Positions 18,272 to 26,822 of a stretch of DNA of 32,000 nucleotides are shown here, in pieces. The stretch spans positions 4,050,001 through 4,082,000 of the forward strand of contig NZ_CP011304.1 of NCBI RefSeq assembly GCF_000981785.2, in the 5' to 3' direction. Position 1 is the stretch's first letter, and every line of letters starts with the position of its first letter. The position numbers and the translations under genes were made by a program. Below the pieces are notes generated by a model, which was not told the DNA's origin, did not search any database, and saw nothing but the letters and a program-made list of their open reading frames with translations. The DNA comes from Microcystis aeruginosa NIES-2549. Lineage in GTDB: Bacteria > Cyanobacteriota > Cyanobacteriia > Cyanobacteriales > Microcystaceae.

Positions 18272-18668
18272 TCAAGTGCGTTATCTCGTCTTAGGCGGCT
18301 ATGCCGTTGCCTTACATGGCTATCCTCGTTATACTAAAGATATTGATATTTGGATAGAAATGAGTTCGTTAAATGCCTATAATCTAATCAAAGCCTTAGA
18401 AGGGTTCGGTTTTGGTTCTTTAGGATTAACAATTGATGACTTTTTAACGCCAGATCAAGTGATACAATTAGGTTATCCTCCTAACCGTATTGATTTAATT
18501 ACAACCCCCGATGGGGTAGAGTTCCAAACTTGTTACTTATCCAGAATTGAGGTTAAAATTGACGATATTATTGTTAACTTTATTGACTTAGAAAATCTTA
18601 AAAAAAACAAAAAAGCATCAGGTAGATTACAAGATTTAGCCGATTTAGAAAATCTAGAAATAGATTAG
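18225..18668 (+). CDS. Minimal nucleotidyltransferase-fold protein (MNT-like)
   Basis: 147 aa. LVLGGYAVALHGYPRYTKDIDIW fits the hG[GS]-x(9-13)-D-x-D signature of the minimal NTase fold. Confidence 0.7.
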   Translation: MLNQDFKEFIQLLNDNQVRYLVLGGYAVALHGYPRYTKDIDIWIEMSSLNAYNLIKALEGFGFGSLGLTIDDFLTPDQVIQLGYPPNRIDLITTPDGVEFQTCYLSRIEVKIDDIIVNFIDLENLKKNKKASGRLQDLADLENLEID

Positions 18669-18694
18669 AGCTATTGATAATTTACCTCGTACCT

Positions 18695-18741
18695 CGTTGC
18701 AAGGGTCTCCCTTGCAACGCATTTCTAGAGGTTCTACCTCT
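18695..18741 (+). terminator. Two consecutive perfect hairpins after the NTase gene
   Basis: cgttgcaaggg-tct-cccttgcaacg (18695-18719; 11-bp stem) and agaggt-tct-acctct (18727-18741). There is no U-tract, so this may be a repeat or RNA element rather than an intrinsic terminator. Confidence 0.35.
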
Positions 18742-18997
18742 TGCTTAAGTCATCAGGAAACGGAGAGAGACCCTCCCTTGTGTAGTTCCAAACCCTTGCC
18801 TTTTGCCTCTCTCTTCCCCGACCGGCGACCGACTCCTAATCGCACCAACAAACTTTTTCAGCAGCCCCTAGATACCTTTCGAGAAAAAATTTTTTTGCAC
18901 AGGGAGTCCTTAAAATAGAAGAGGGAACACAAAACCAAGTTGCTGGTATTTTTCCTCTGGGCATGGTGGCGCAGTTTATAGAATTTAGCTGGAATTT

Positions 18998-21346
18998 ATG
19001 AATCATTTTCTGCATTCTTTCACTGTTTTTCCTGATTCTGCCCGAAAATCTCGCTCTTACTCCCTCGGTAAACTGCGACGACCCTTAATCTTCCTGTTTA
19101 CCGTCGGTTGTCTGACTAGCGTGGTCGGTTATCGTTTCTATAATCAGCCGAAATTGGCCGTCGGGACTATTTCCCCCGTTACGATTATCGCCCCCGAAGA
19201 TGCCCGTTTTCAAGACCAAGAAACCACCGACCTCAAACGCCAAAAAATTCGGGCTGGACTGCTTCCCAGGCTGAAAAGAGACCCCCAAACCACCGCCCAG
19301 ATCGAGCGATCGCTGCGAGACACTTTAGGGCAATTAAGTCAAATTAGCCCAATTTTGCGAAAAAATTCCATTTTAATGGGCAGGACTATTTCTAACGCCA
19401 CGCTGGGAACGCTGCTCACCTTTTCTGCCGATCAATGGTCAACTCTACAAAGCGGACTCAAATATAAAGAATCTTTTACAAAACCCTTGACAAAAGAGCA
19501 GGAATATGCTGTTAGCGAAATCCAAGCCTATGGTCAGCGCGTGACGAAGGGAAACTTTGAGCAATTTATCGATCGATTAGGGCAATTACGGCAAATACAG
19601 GAGCAAACCAGCCAAAATTATCGGCATTCCAGCTTAAATAAACTCAAATACGCCGATCTGATCACAGCGGCCCAAATGGGCGATCGAGAGTGGCAAAACC
19701 TAGAAACAGCCATCCTGCAAGCGAGTCGCCGGATTTTGGTACAAGGCATTCCCCCGGGGATTTCCACCAGTCACCTAGAGGATACCATCGCCGTGCAGAT
19801 TAGCGGCGATCGCCTAACCCGTCGTCAGCAGCTTTTAGCCGAAAATATCGTTCTGGCGGCCCTAGAGGGACAAACGAACCTGATAGAAGATCGGGAGGCA
19901 ACCAAAGAACAAGCCACTAAAGCGGTGGAAGCGGTAGATATGGTTATGTCTGACGCTCAAGCAGGTCAAATTATCGTTAAAGCAGGCGAAACAATTACTC
20001 AAGCTCAGTTTGTTCTCATCGATGGCTTTGGTTTGAGCGAACGGGGCATTAACTGGATGGGTTTAGGGTCAACGGCAATCCTTGTCACCAGCGCGATCGG
20101 GACTTTTTGCCTCGTTGCTCAGCGTCTCCATCGGCCTCTGCGTCACCGGGATTTTATTCTCTTGGGTTTACTAAGTTTTACCACACCGATCCTAGCGATC
20201 GCCCATATTCCCTTTACCAATCTGGCAGCCGTGGGTTTATTAGTCAGCAGTTTCTACGGCCCGACTCTGGCCGTCACCCAAGTCCTCTTAACTGCCGGTC
20301 TTTCCCTATTCAGCATCCAAGGTATCAGCGCCGATTTAATCGCGGGGACGATAGGGGGACTATTAGCGGCTATGATAGCGGGAAAATTGCGTTCTAGGGA
20401 TGAATTATCGCTGCTAGGGATGGGAATCGGAGTCAGCCAAGGGGGTGTTTATCTGCTCACTTACCTAATCGTTAGCGCCACGGCCAGCACGATCATCTAT
20501 ACTCTACTACCCACGGCCCTCGTCTATGGTCTATCGGGGATAGCTTGGACGGTAATCGCCCTAGGATTATCCCCCTATCTCGAACGCTGTTTCGATGTGG
20601 TCACTCCCATTCGTCTGGTGGAGTTGTCCAATCCTAATTGTAGTTTGCTCAAACGTTTGGCCACGGAAGCGCCGGGGACTTTTCAACATACCCTTTTTGT
20701 CGCCTGTTTAGCTGAAGCGGCCGCCCGAAAACTGCACTGTAATGTGGAATTAATTCGCACGGGGACCCTCTATCACGATATCGGGAAAATGCACGATCCT
20801 CTCGGTTTTATTGAAAATCAAATGGGTGGCCCGAATAAACACGATGAAATTAATGATCCCTACGTCAGTGCCGAGATTATTAAAAAGCACGTTAGCGAAG
20901 GGTTAGTCATGGCCCGCAGACACGGTTTACCGCGAGTCGTCCGCGATTTTATTCCCGAACACCAAGGCAATCTCTTAATTTCCTATTTTTATCAGCAAGC
21001 TTTGCAAAAATCCGTCCAAAATGGTCAAGAATTCGTCGATGAGGCGGCCTTTCGCTACGATGGTCCGATTCCCCAATCGCGAGAAACGGCGATCGTTATG
21101 TTAGCCGATAGTAGCGAGGCCGCTTTGCGATCGCTAAAGGAGGCCTCCCCAGAACAAGCCATGGATATGATCAAAAAGATTTTTCAGGCCCGATGGCGCG
21201 AGCAACAATTAGTAGATAGTGGTATTCGTCAGGAGGAATTACCAATTATTGCCGAGATTTTTGTGCAAGTTTGGCAACAATTCCACCATCAACGCATTGC
21301 CTACCCGAAAGCAGTTTTAGAAGTCTCCTCAGCCGAAAAAAAATAA
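18998..21346 (+). CDS. 7TM receptor with intracellular HD/HDIG phosphohydrolase domain (PgpH-like, candidate cyclic-di-AMP phosphodiesterase)
   Basis: 782 aa. An N-terminal signal-anchor and a large extracytoplasmic domain are followed by about 7 TM helices (aa ~345-530) and the HD domain motifs HTLFVA...LYHDIGK...HH-type. Confidence 0.8.
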   Translation: MNHFLHSFTVFPDSARKSRSYSLGKLRRPLIFLFTVGCLTSVVGYRFYNQPKLAVGTISPVTIIAPEDARFQDQETTDLKRQKIRAGLLPRLKRDPQTTAQIERSLRDTLGQLSQISPILRKNSILMGRTISNATLGTLLTFSADQWSTLQSGLKYKESFTKPLTKEQEYAVSEIQAYGQRVTKGNFEQFIDRLGQLRQIQEQTSQNYRHSSLNKLKYADLITAAQMGDREWQNLETAILQASRRILVQGIPPGISTSHLEDTIAVQISGDRLTRRQQLLAENIVLAALEGQTNLIEDREATKEQATKAVEAVDMVMSDAQAGQIIVKAGETITQAQFVLIDGFGLSERGINWMGLGSTAILVTSAIGTFCLVAQRLHRPLRHRDFILLGLLSFTTPILAIAHIPFTNLAAVGLLVSSFYGPTLAVTQVLLTAGLSLFSIQGISADLIAGTIGGLLAAMIAGKLRSRDELSLLGMGIGVSQGGVYLLTYLIVSATASTIIYTLLPTALVYGLSGIAWTVIALGLSPYLERCFDVVTPIRLVELSNPNCSLLKRLATEAPGTFQHTLFVACLAEAAARKLHCNVELIRTGTLYHDIGKMHDPLGFIENQMGGPNKHDEINDPYVSAEIIKKHVSEGLVMARRHGLPRVVRDFIPEHQGNLLISYFYQQALQKSVQNGQEFVDEAAFRYDGPIPQSRETAIVMLADSSEAALRSLKEASPEQAMDMIKKIFQARWREQQLVDSGIRQEELPIIAEIFVQVWQQFHHQRIAYPKAVLEVSSAEKK

Positions 21347-21381
21347 GAGATAACAGCAAAAAATCAAGGATAATTACCAAA

Positions 21382-22023
21382 ATGCTCCTAATTACTCTCA
21401 ACGAAAATACTTTATCTTTATCTCCGGGCAGTCAAGTTATTTTTCCCCATCAGACTTGGGAAGATTACCAAAGATTGCTGAGTTTACGTCTCCAAAAAAC
21501 CTATCCCAAACTCTATTTTAATTGCAAAACGCAAGAAATTCGGCTTATGTCTCCCCTACCAAGTCATGGCAAACGTATCAATCTTTTAAGTGATTTAGTA
21601 AAAATTATCCTTCGTCGTCAAGGCAAAGACTGGGAATGTTTTGATCCAATTACCTTGAAAATTCCGGGAGAAGCGGGAGTAGAACCAGATACCTGTTTTT
21701 ATATTGATAATAGAGAGGCAATTTTAGGCAAAGAGAGAATTGATTTAACTGTTGATCCTCCTCCCGATTTAGCTATAGAAGTGGACTTTACTTCTCTGAC
21801 TGATGTAGAGGCCTATCAATTGCTGAAAATCCCCGAATTGTGGGTTTATCGTCGGGAAGAATTAAAAATATATCTGTTCAGAGAAGACGGTTATCAAGAA
21901 AGCGAAAATAGTCGTCTCTTTCCCGATATAAATATCAAGAAACTTTTCCCCTATTATGTTGAATTAGGCTGGAACCAAGGTTCTAGTCTTGCCTTACGTC
22001 AGTTTGAAGCTTTAGAGAATTAG
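21382..22023 (+). CDS. Uma2 (DUF820) family PD-(D/E)XK endonuclease
   Basis: ATG 21382 (MLLITLNENT...) is preferred, because the track start at 21271 overlaps the upstream gene. Motifs EPDTCFY...PPDLAIEVDFTS...ELWVY. Confidence 0.8.
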   Translation: MLLITLNENTLSLSPGSQVIFPHQTWEDYQRLLSLRLQKTYPKLYFNCKTQEIRLMSPLPSHGKRINLLSDLVKIILRRQGKDWECFDPITLKIPGEAGVEPDTCFYIDNREAILGKERIDLTVDPPPDLAIEVDFTSLTDVEAYQLLKIPELWVYRREELKIYLFREDGYQESENSRLFPDINIKKLFPYYVELGWNQGSSLALRQFEALEN

Positions 22024-22058
22024 GGACATAAAAGTGCGATGTCAAAAAAGAATTGTAA

Positions 22059-22640
22059 TCATACCAAACTGGGGACTTTGCGATAGATAGAAGTGATCGA
22101 TCCCCGGAATCCTACACTGGTGAATTCTACCGCATCCCCGGCTTCATAGATCTGTTCTTTCCAGATTCCCGAATCCTCGCGACGGTGACATTCAATTTTC
22201 ATCTGGTTTTGATGAATAAGAATGTATTCTTTTAAGGTGGGACAGGTTTGATAATCGCTGAATTTATCACCCCTATCAAAGGATTCCGTAGATTTCGATA
22301 ATACTTCAATAATCAGAACGGGATAGAGAATAAAATCATCGGTATTGTTAATCTCTCTCTCGTCACAAACCACCGCAATATCGGGATAATAATAACAATT
22401 TGCCTCCTCTAACCGGACTTTGATATCGGAAGTGAGAACAAGACAGGGACTATCATCGAGATGGATATTCAATAAAGTGGCTAGATTTGTATTTAAGACA
22501 ATATGGGGCTTTTTTGCGCCTACCATTGCATAAATCCGTCCTTTTCGGTACTCGTGCTTGATCGGACTGACTCTTTCCCCTTCTAGATACACTTCTGGAG
22601 AGACATAAAAAAAATTAGGATTCGTCACCATGGTCCTCAT
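22059..22640 (-). CDS. Uma2 (DUF820) family PD-(D/E)XK endonuclease
   Basis: 193 aa. KHEYRKGRIYAM...YYPDIAVVCD...VLIIEVLSKSTESFDRGDKFSDYQ...EYILI. Convergent with the other Uma2 gene, with a 35-nt gap. Confidence 0.8.
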   Translation of the reverse strand: MRTMVTNPNFFYVSPEVYLEGERVSPIKHEYRKGRIYAMVGAKKPHIVLNTNLATLLNIHLDDSPCLVLTSDIKVRLEEANCYYYPDIAVVCDEREINNTDDFILYPVLIIEVLSKSTESFDRGDKFSDYQTCPTLKEYILIHQNQMKIECHRREDSGIWKEQIYEAGDAVEFTSVGFRGSITSIYRKVPSLV

Positions 22641-22725
22641 GCTCCCTATTCTCGAATAACTAAATTATAGCCTTTGGGAATCATCGCTCTTGGACACAAT
22701 CTCGCTAGACTTATAGATCAATGAT

Positions 22726-22761
22726 TGTCACTTGTAATATTTATATTACAGTTATGTGACA
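22726..22761. promoter_or_regulatory. AT-rich nested palindrome in the Uma2/ileS divergent intergenic region (possible operator or promoter element)
   Basis: tgtcac-t-tgtaatat-tt-atattaca-gttat-gtgaca. The inner 8-bp arms are perfect (22733-22750) and the outer 6-bp arms are 22726-22731 and 22756-22761. It lies about 80 nt upstream of the ileS ATG. Confidence 0.25.
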
Positions 22762-22840
22762 GACTAGAGATAACGACTCTCAAAGGGACGTTATTTAGGA
22801 ATGAATCCCGAAAACGATTGATATCCATAGGTTTGCTAGA

Positions 22841-25699
22841 ATGTCCAACGCTAAAAGTTACAAAGATACCGTTAATTTGCCTCAAACTGACTTTGATATG
22901 CGAGCAAATGCCAGTAAACGTGAGCCAGAAATCCAGAAATTCTGGCAAGATGAGCAAATATACGAGAAATTAGCGCAAAATAACCCCAAAGAATTATTTA
23001 TTCTCCACGATGGCCCCCCCTACGCTAACGGGTCCCTGCATATCGGTCATGCTTTAAATAAAATTCTCAAAGACATTATCAATAAATATAAACTGCTGCA
23101 AGGCTACAAAGTGCGCTATGTGCCTGGTTGGGATTGTCACGGGTTGCCGATCGAACTGAAGGTTTTACAAAGTCTCAAAAGCTCGGAAAAAGAGGGTCTA
23201 ACCCCTTTGAAATTACGTCAGAAAGCCCACGATTTTGCCCTTCAAACGCAAAAAGAACAGTGTGAAGGTTTCAAAAGGTATGGAGTCTGGGGAGACTGGG
23301 AAAATCCCTATTTAACCCTACAACCTGAATACGAGGCCGCTCAAATTGCCGTATTCGGAAAAATGGCCCTGAAAGGTTATATTTATCGGGGACTAAAACC
23401 AGTTCACTGGAGTCCCAGTTCTCAAACCGCTTTAGCTGAGGCAGAATTAGAATATCCCGAAGGTCACACTTCCAGGAGTGTCTATGTTGCTTTTCCGATT
23501 ACGTCAGTTTCAACCCCGGTTTTAACGCCATTTTTGCCTAATTTATCCGTGGCTATCTGGACGACTACCCCCTGGACTTTACCCGGGAATTTGGCCGTCG
23601 CATTGAACCCAGAATTAAACTATTCAGTGGTAGAAACTAGCGAGTCTAATTATCTAATCGTAGCGACGGATTTAGTCGAAAAATTGGCCGATACTTTTAA
23701 CAGGACTTTGACGATTAAAGCAACGGTTAAAGGTCTGGAATTAGAACATACTAAATATCGTCATCCTTTGTTTGACAGAGAAAGTGCGATTCTCATTGGT
23801 GGGGATTATGTCACCACCGATTCCGGCACCGGATTAGTTCATACTGCTCCTGGTCATGGTCAGGAGGATTATATCGTCGGCCAACGTTACGGTTTACCGA
23901 TACTTTCTCCCGTGGATGATAAGGGAAATTTCACCGCAGAAGCAGGACAATTTGAGGGTTTAAATGTCTTGAAAGATGCTAATGAAGCAATTATTTTAGC
24001 ACTGACAGAAAAGGGTGCCTTACTCAAAGAAGAAGCATATCAGCATAAATATCCCTACGATTGGAGAACCAAAAAACCGACAATTTTCCGCGCAACAGAA
24101 CAATGGTTTGCTTCCGTGGAAGGATTCCGGGAATTAGCTTTAGATGCAATTGATTCGGTGCGTTGGATTCCCGCAACAGGTAAGAATCGCATCACTTCTA
24201 TGGTCAGTGAAAGAAGCGATTGGTGTATCTCTCGTCAGCGCAGTTGGGGGGTTCCTATTCCTGTTTTTTATGACGAAGAAACGAATGAACCTCTGTTAAC
24301 CGAGGAGACGATTAATCACGTTCAAGCTATCTTCGCGGTCAAGGGTTCTAATGCTTGGTGGGAGTTATCCGTAGAGGAATTATTGCCTCCCAGTTATCGC
24401 GATAATGGTCGCAGTTATCGCAAGGGAATGGATACTATGGATGTGTGGTTTGATTCTGGTTCTAGTTGGAATGCGGTGGCTAATGCTCGACCAGAATTAA
24501 GTTATCCTGCGGATATGTATCTAGAAGGATCGGATCAGCATCGGGGATGGTTTCAATCGAGTTTATTAACCAGTGTGGCTGCTAATGGTATTGCTCCCTA
24601 TAAAACGGTGTTAACTCACGGTTTTGTTTTGGATGAACAGGGACGAAAAATGAGTAAATCTCTGGGTAATGTCATCGATCCCAATGTGATCATTAATGGT
24701 GGTAAAGACCAGAAAAAAGAACCCGCTTATGGGGTGGATGTGATTCGGTTATGGGTGTCATCGGTGGACTATACCAATGATGTGAATATCGGTCAAAATA
24801 TTCTTAAACAGTTGGTAGATATCCGTAATAAAATCCGTAATACTGCCAGGTTTTTACTGGGGAGTTTAAATGATTTTGATCCCGTTAAAGATGCAGTAGC
24901 TTATGAAGATCTACCGGAGATCGATCGCTATATGTTACATCGTATCTCGGAAGTGTTTACGGAAGTAACGGCAGCTTTTGAAAGTTTCCAATTTTTCCGC
25001 TTTTTTCAGACGGTACAGAATTTTTGTGTTGTCGATTTATCTAACTTTTATATCGACATCGCTAAGGATCGTTTATACATTTCTGATCCTAATTCTTTCC
25101 GTCGTCGCAGTTGTCAAACAGTCTATGCTATTGCTTTAGAAAATCTCGCTAAAGCGATCGCTCCTGTCCTCTCTCATCTAGCGGAAGATATCTGGCAATT
25201 TCTCCCCTACAAAACTCCTTATTTATCGGTATTTGAGTCAGGATGGCTAAACATCGATCCTGCTTGGAATAATCGCGAATTGGCCGATAAATGGGCCAAA
25301 TTCCGGCAGCTACGCACCGAAGTTAATAAGGTGATGGAAACTGCCAGAAATGATAAGGCGATCGGTGCTTCTTTAGAGGCAAAAGTTTTACTTTATGTTC
25401 CCGATGAAACCTTACAACAGGAGTTAGAATTATTCAACAATTGTGATAGTTTAACGGGGAATAAAGTCGATGAATTGCGTTATCTATTTCTCTCTTCTCA
25501 AGTGGAATTAGTTAGTGATATTAGCGCAATTCAAACCGCAGAATATAAGGGAGAATCGGACTTGGTTTCGGTGGGAATTGTCAAAGCAGACGGCGAAAAA
25601 TGCGATCGCTGTTGGAATTATTCCACTCAAGTGGGAAAATTTGCCGATGATCCCACTATTTGCGAGCGCTGTAATGCCGCTTTAAAAGGAGAGTTCTAA
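22841..25699 (+). CDS. ileS: Isoleucine--tRNA ligase
   Basis: 952 aa. Class I motifs PPYANGSLHIGH and KMSKS, a CP1 editing domain and a C-terminal zinc knuckle CDRCW...CERC. Confidence 0.95.
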   Translation: MSNAKSYKDTVNLPQTDFDMRANASKREPEIQKFWQDEQIYEKLAQNNPKELFILHDGPPYANGSLHIGHALNKILKDIINKYKLLQGYKVRYVPGWDCHGLPIELKVLQSLKSSEKEGLTPLKLRQKAHDFALQTQKEQCEGFKRYGVWGDWENPYLTLQPEYEAAQIAVFGKMALKGYIYRGLKPVHWSPSSQTALAEAELEYPEGHTSRSVYVAFPITSVSTPVLTPFLPNLSVAIWTTTPWTLPGNLAVALNPELNYSVVETSESNYLIVATDLVEKLADTFNRTLTIKATVKGLELEHTKYRHPLFDRESAILIGGDYVTTDSGTGLVHTAPGHGQEDYIVGQRYGLPILSPVDDKGNFTAEAGQFEGLNVLKDANEAIILALTEKGALLKEEAYQHKYPYDWRTKKPTIFRATEQWFASVEGFRELALDAIDSVRWIPATGKNRITSMVSERSDWCISRQRSWGVPIPVFYDEETNEPLLTEETINHVQAIFAVKGSNAWWELSVEELLPPSYRDNGRSYRKGMDTMDVWFDSGSSWNAVANARPELSYPADMYLEGSDQHRGWFQSSLLTSVAANGIAPYKTVLTHGFVLDEQGRKMSKSLGNVIDPNVIINGGKDQKKEPAYGVDVIRLWVSSVDYTNDVNIGQNILKQLVDIRNKIRNTARFLLGSLNDFDPVKDAVAYEDLPEIDRYMLHRISEVFTEVTAAFESFQFFRFFQTVQNFCVVDLSNFYIDIAKDRLYISDPNSFRRRSCQTVYAIALENLAKAIAPVLSHLAEDIWQFLPYKTPYLSVFESGWLNIDPAWNNRELADKWAKFRQLRTEVNKVMETARNDKAIGASLEAKVLLYVPDETLQQELELFNNCDSLTGNKVDELRYLFLSSQVELVSDISAIQTAEYKGESDLVSVGIVKADGEKCDRCWNYSTQVGKFADDPTICERCNAALKGEF

Positions 25700-25709
25700 G
25701 CTAAATTAA

Positions 25710-25741
25710 AAGGGTGCTTTATTGTCGAATAAAGTACCCTT
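25710..25741 (+). terminator. Hairpin directly after the ileS stop
   Basis: A 13-bp stem aagggtgctttat / ataaagtaccctt (one G-U pair) with loop tgtcga. The downstream T-run is weak. Confidence 0.4.
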
Positions 25742-25790
25742 AGTTGCTTCTACAAACTTAAACTTATGGAAATTCAAGATCAAGAAAAAT

Positions 25791-26822
25791 ATGGATGTTA
25801 GCGATCTTAAGAAAACTGCCTTGATATATTGGCCAGTTGAATTAGCAGAAAAAGAAAAACTATCTAGTATAATTCCCTTACTAATACGAACTCAAGAAAG
25901 TTTTATCAGTATATTAAGAATAGCATCTAAAGATCCATTCTCATGGATAACAGCCTTAGATTTATGTGATGAACTTTATCCTAATCTATTTTTAAAACAT
26001 CTCTGTGTTCTATCTGATATTGGTGGAGAAAATTTAAAACGATTCTCTTCAGAACTTTCTAGGGATTTTTATTCTAAAGATTTTGAGTTTATATTTCGAG
26101 ACAAAATTTATCAATACCAGTTTGTTTCTTTGAAAAATAGAGCTACATGGAATAATAAAAATTTGGGATTAGACGGGGAGGGGATATTAAAAACTTGTTC
26201 TCTTAGCCAAGAAATCCGAGATGTTATTATGCTAATAATGTTCGGTGGTTTGGCAACCTCTATAAATGTTCCTGATGAAATAGAAGAAAAATGTATTATT
26301 GGTGCTATGATAGGTAACATTAGACTTCTGGAAGAATATATTAAGCATCGTTACATCTGGGTTAGTAAAATTACTGGGGGAGCAAAATCGAATAAAATGG
26401 GTCAGCTTGCTCAAGAATACATTAGAGAAAAATTGAAAGTATATTTACCTGAGTGGGATTTTTCTAGAAAATCTATACCAGGAATAAGTCAAAATGAGGG
26501 TAGAACACTAACCAAATTTGATATAGTGGGAATACCACCTCATGATCGACCACCTTACTGGGGTATTGAAGTATCATTTCAATTTACTACTAACAGTGTT
26601 GTAGAAAGGAAAGGAAAATTGGCTAGAGATAGACGAGAAATTTTAAACAGACAGCACCATAAGGTTGCTTATGTAGTTGATGGAGCGGGAAATTTTGACA
26701 GAAGTTCTTTTATACAAGACTTAATTGATTTTAGTGACTGTGTTGTTAACTTTAGTGAAAATGATCTTAAGCGTTTAGCTAAAACTATGGAGGATTCAAT
26801 TAAAAATGAGCCACAAAAGTGA
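25791..26822 (+). CDS. Putative restriction endonuclease-like protein (unassigned; motif layout recalls the DpnII/MboI family)
   Basis: AT-rich ORF. ATG 25791 is preferred, since the track TTG at 25722 lies inside the ileS hairpin. The C-terminal third reads GGAKSNKMGQLAQEYI ... KFDIVG ... IEVSFQFTTNSVVERK. Its 3' end overlaps the methyltransferase start by 17 nt. Confidence 0.45.
   Translation: MDVSDLKKTALIYWPVELAEKEKLSSIIPLLIRTQESFISILRIASKDPFSWITALDLCDELYPNLFLKHLCVLSDIGGENLKRFSSELSRDFYSKDFEFIFRDKIYQYQFVSLKNRATWNNKNLGLDGEGILKTCSLSQEIRDVIMLIMFGGLATSINVPDEIEEKCIIGAMIGNIRLLEEYIKHRYIWVSKITGGAKSNKMGQLAQEYIREKLKVYLPEWDFSRKSIPGISQNEGRTLTKFDIVGIPPHDRPPYWGIEVSFQFTTNSVVERKGKLARDRREILNRQHHKVAYVVDGAGNFDRSSFIQDLIDFSDCVVNFSENDLKRLAKTMEDSIKNEPQK

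Noticed and set aside
18697-18918. 73-aa ORF on the + strand after the nucleotidyltransferase gene
   Set aside because: It starts inside the perfect hairpin 18695-18719. The translation is Pro/Ser/Arg-rich and low-complexity, with no ribosome-binding site or recognisable motif. It is more likely non-coding repeat or UTR sequence.
20107-20397. 96-aa alternative-frame ORF inside the PgpH-like gene, and similar internal ORFs (1305..1517, 8033..8224, 8796..9047, 10276..10473, 11681..11932, 12801..13004, 26111..26414, 27167..27469, 28218..28526, 28771..29148, 29327..30504, 31397..31591)
   Set aside because: All are nested within, or antisense to, strongly supported CDSs and show biased low-complexity translations. 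There is no independent support.
22718-22973. ORFs 22718..22957 (-) and 22725..22973 (+) at the ileS 5' end
   Set aside because: They overlap the ileS start and the AT-rich palindromic intergenic region. The translations are implausible, while ileS is strongly supported.
25722-25790. TTG start at 25722 for the island's first ORF
   Set aside because: The TTG lies in the loop-proximal part of the 13-bp ileS hairpin (25710-25741), and the first 23 residues add nothing recognisable. ATG 25791 is preferred, though neither start has a strong Shine-Dalgarno sequence.
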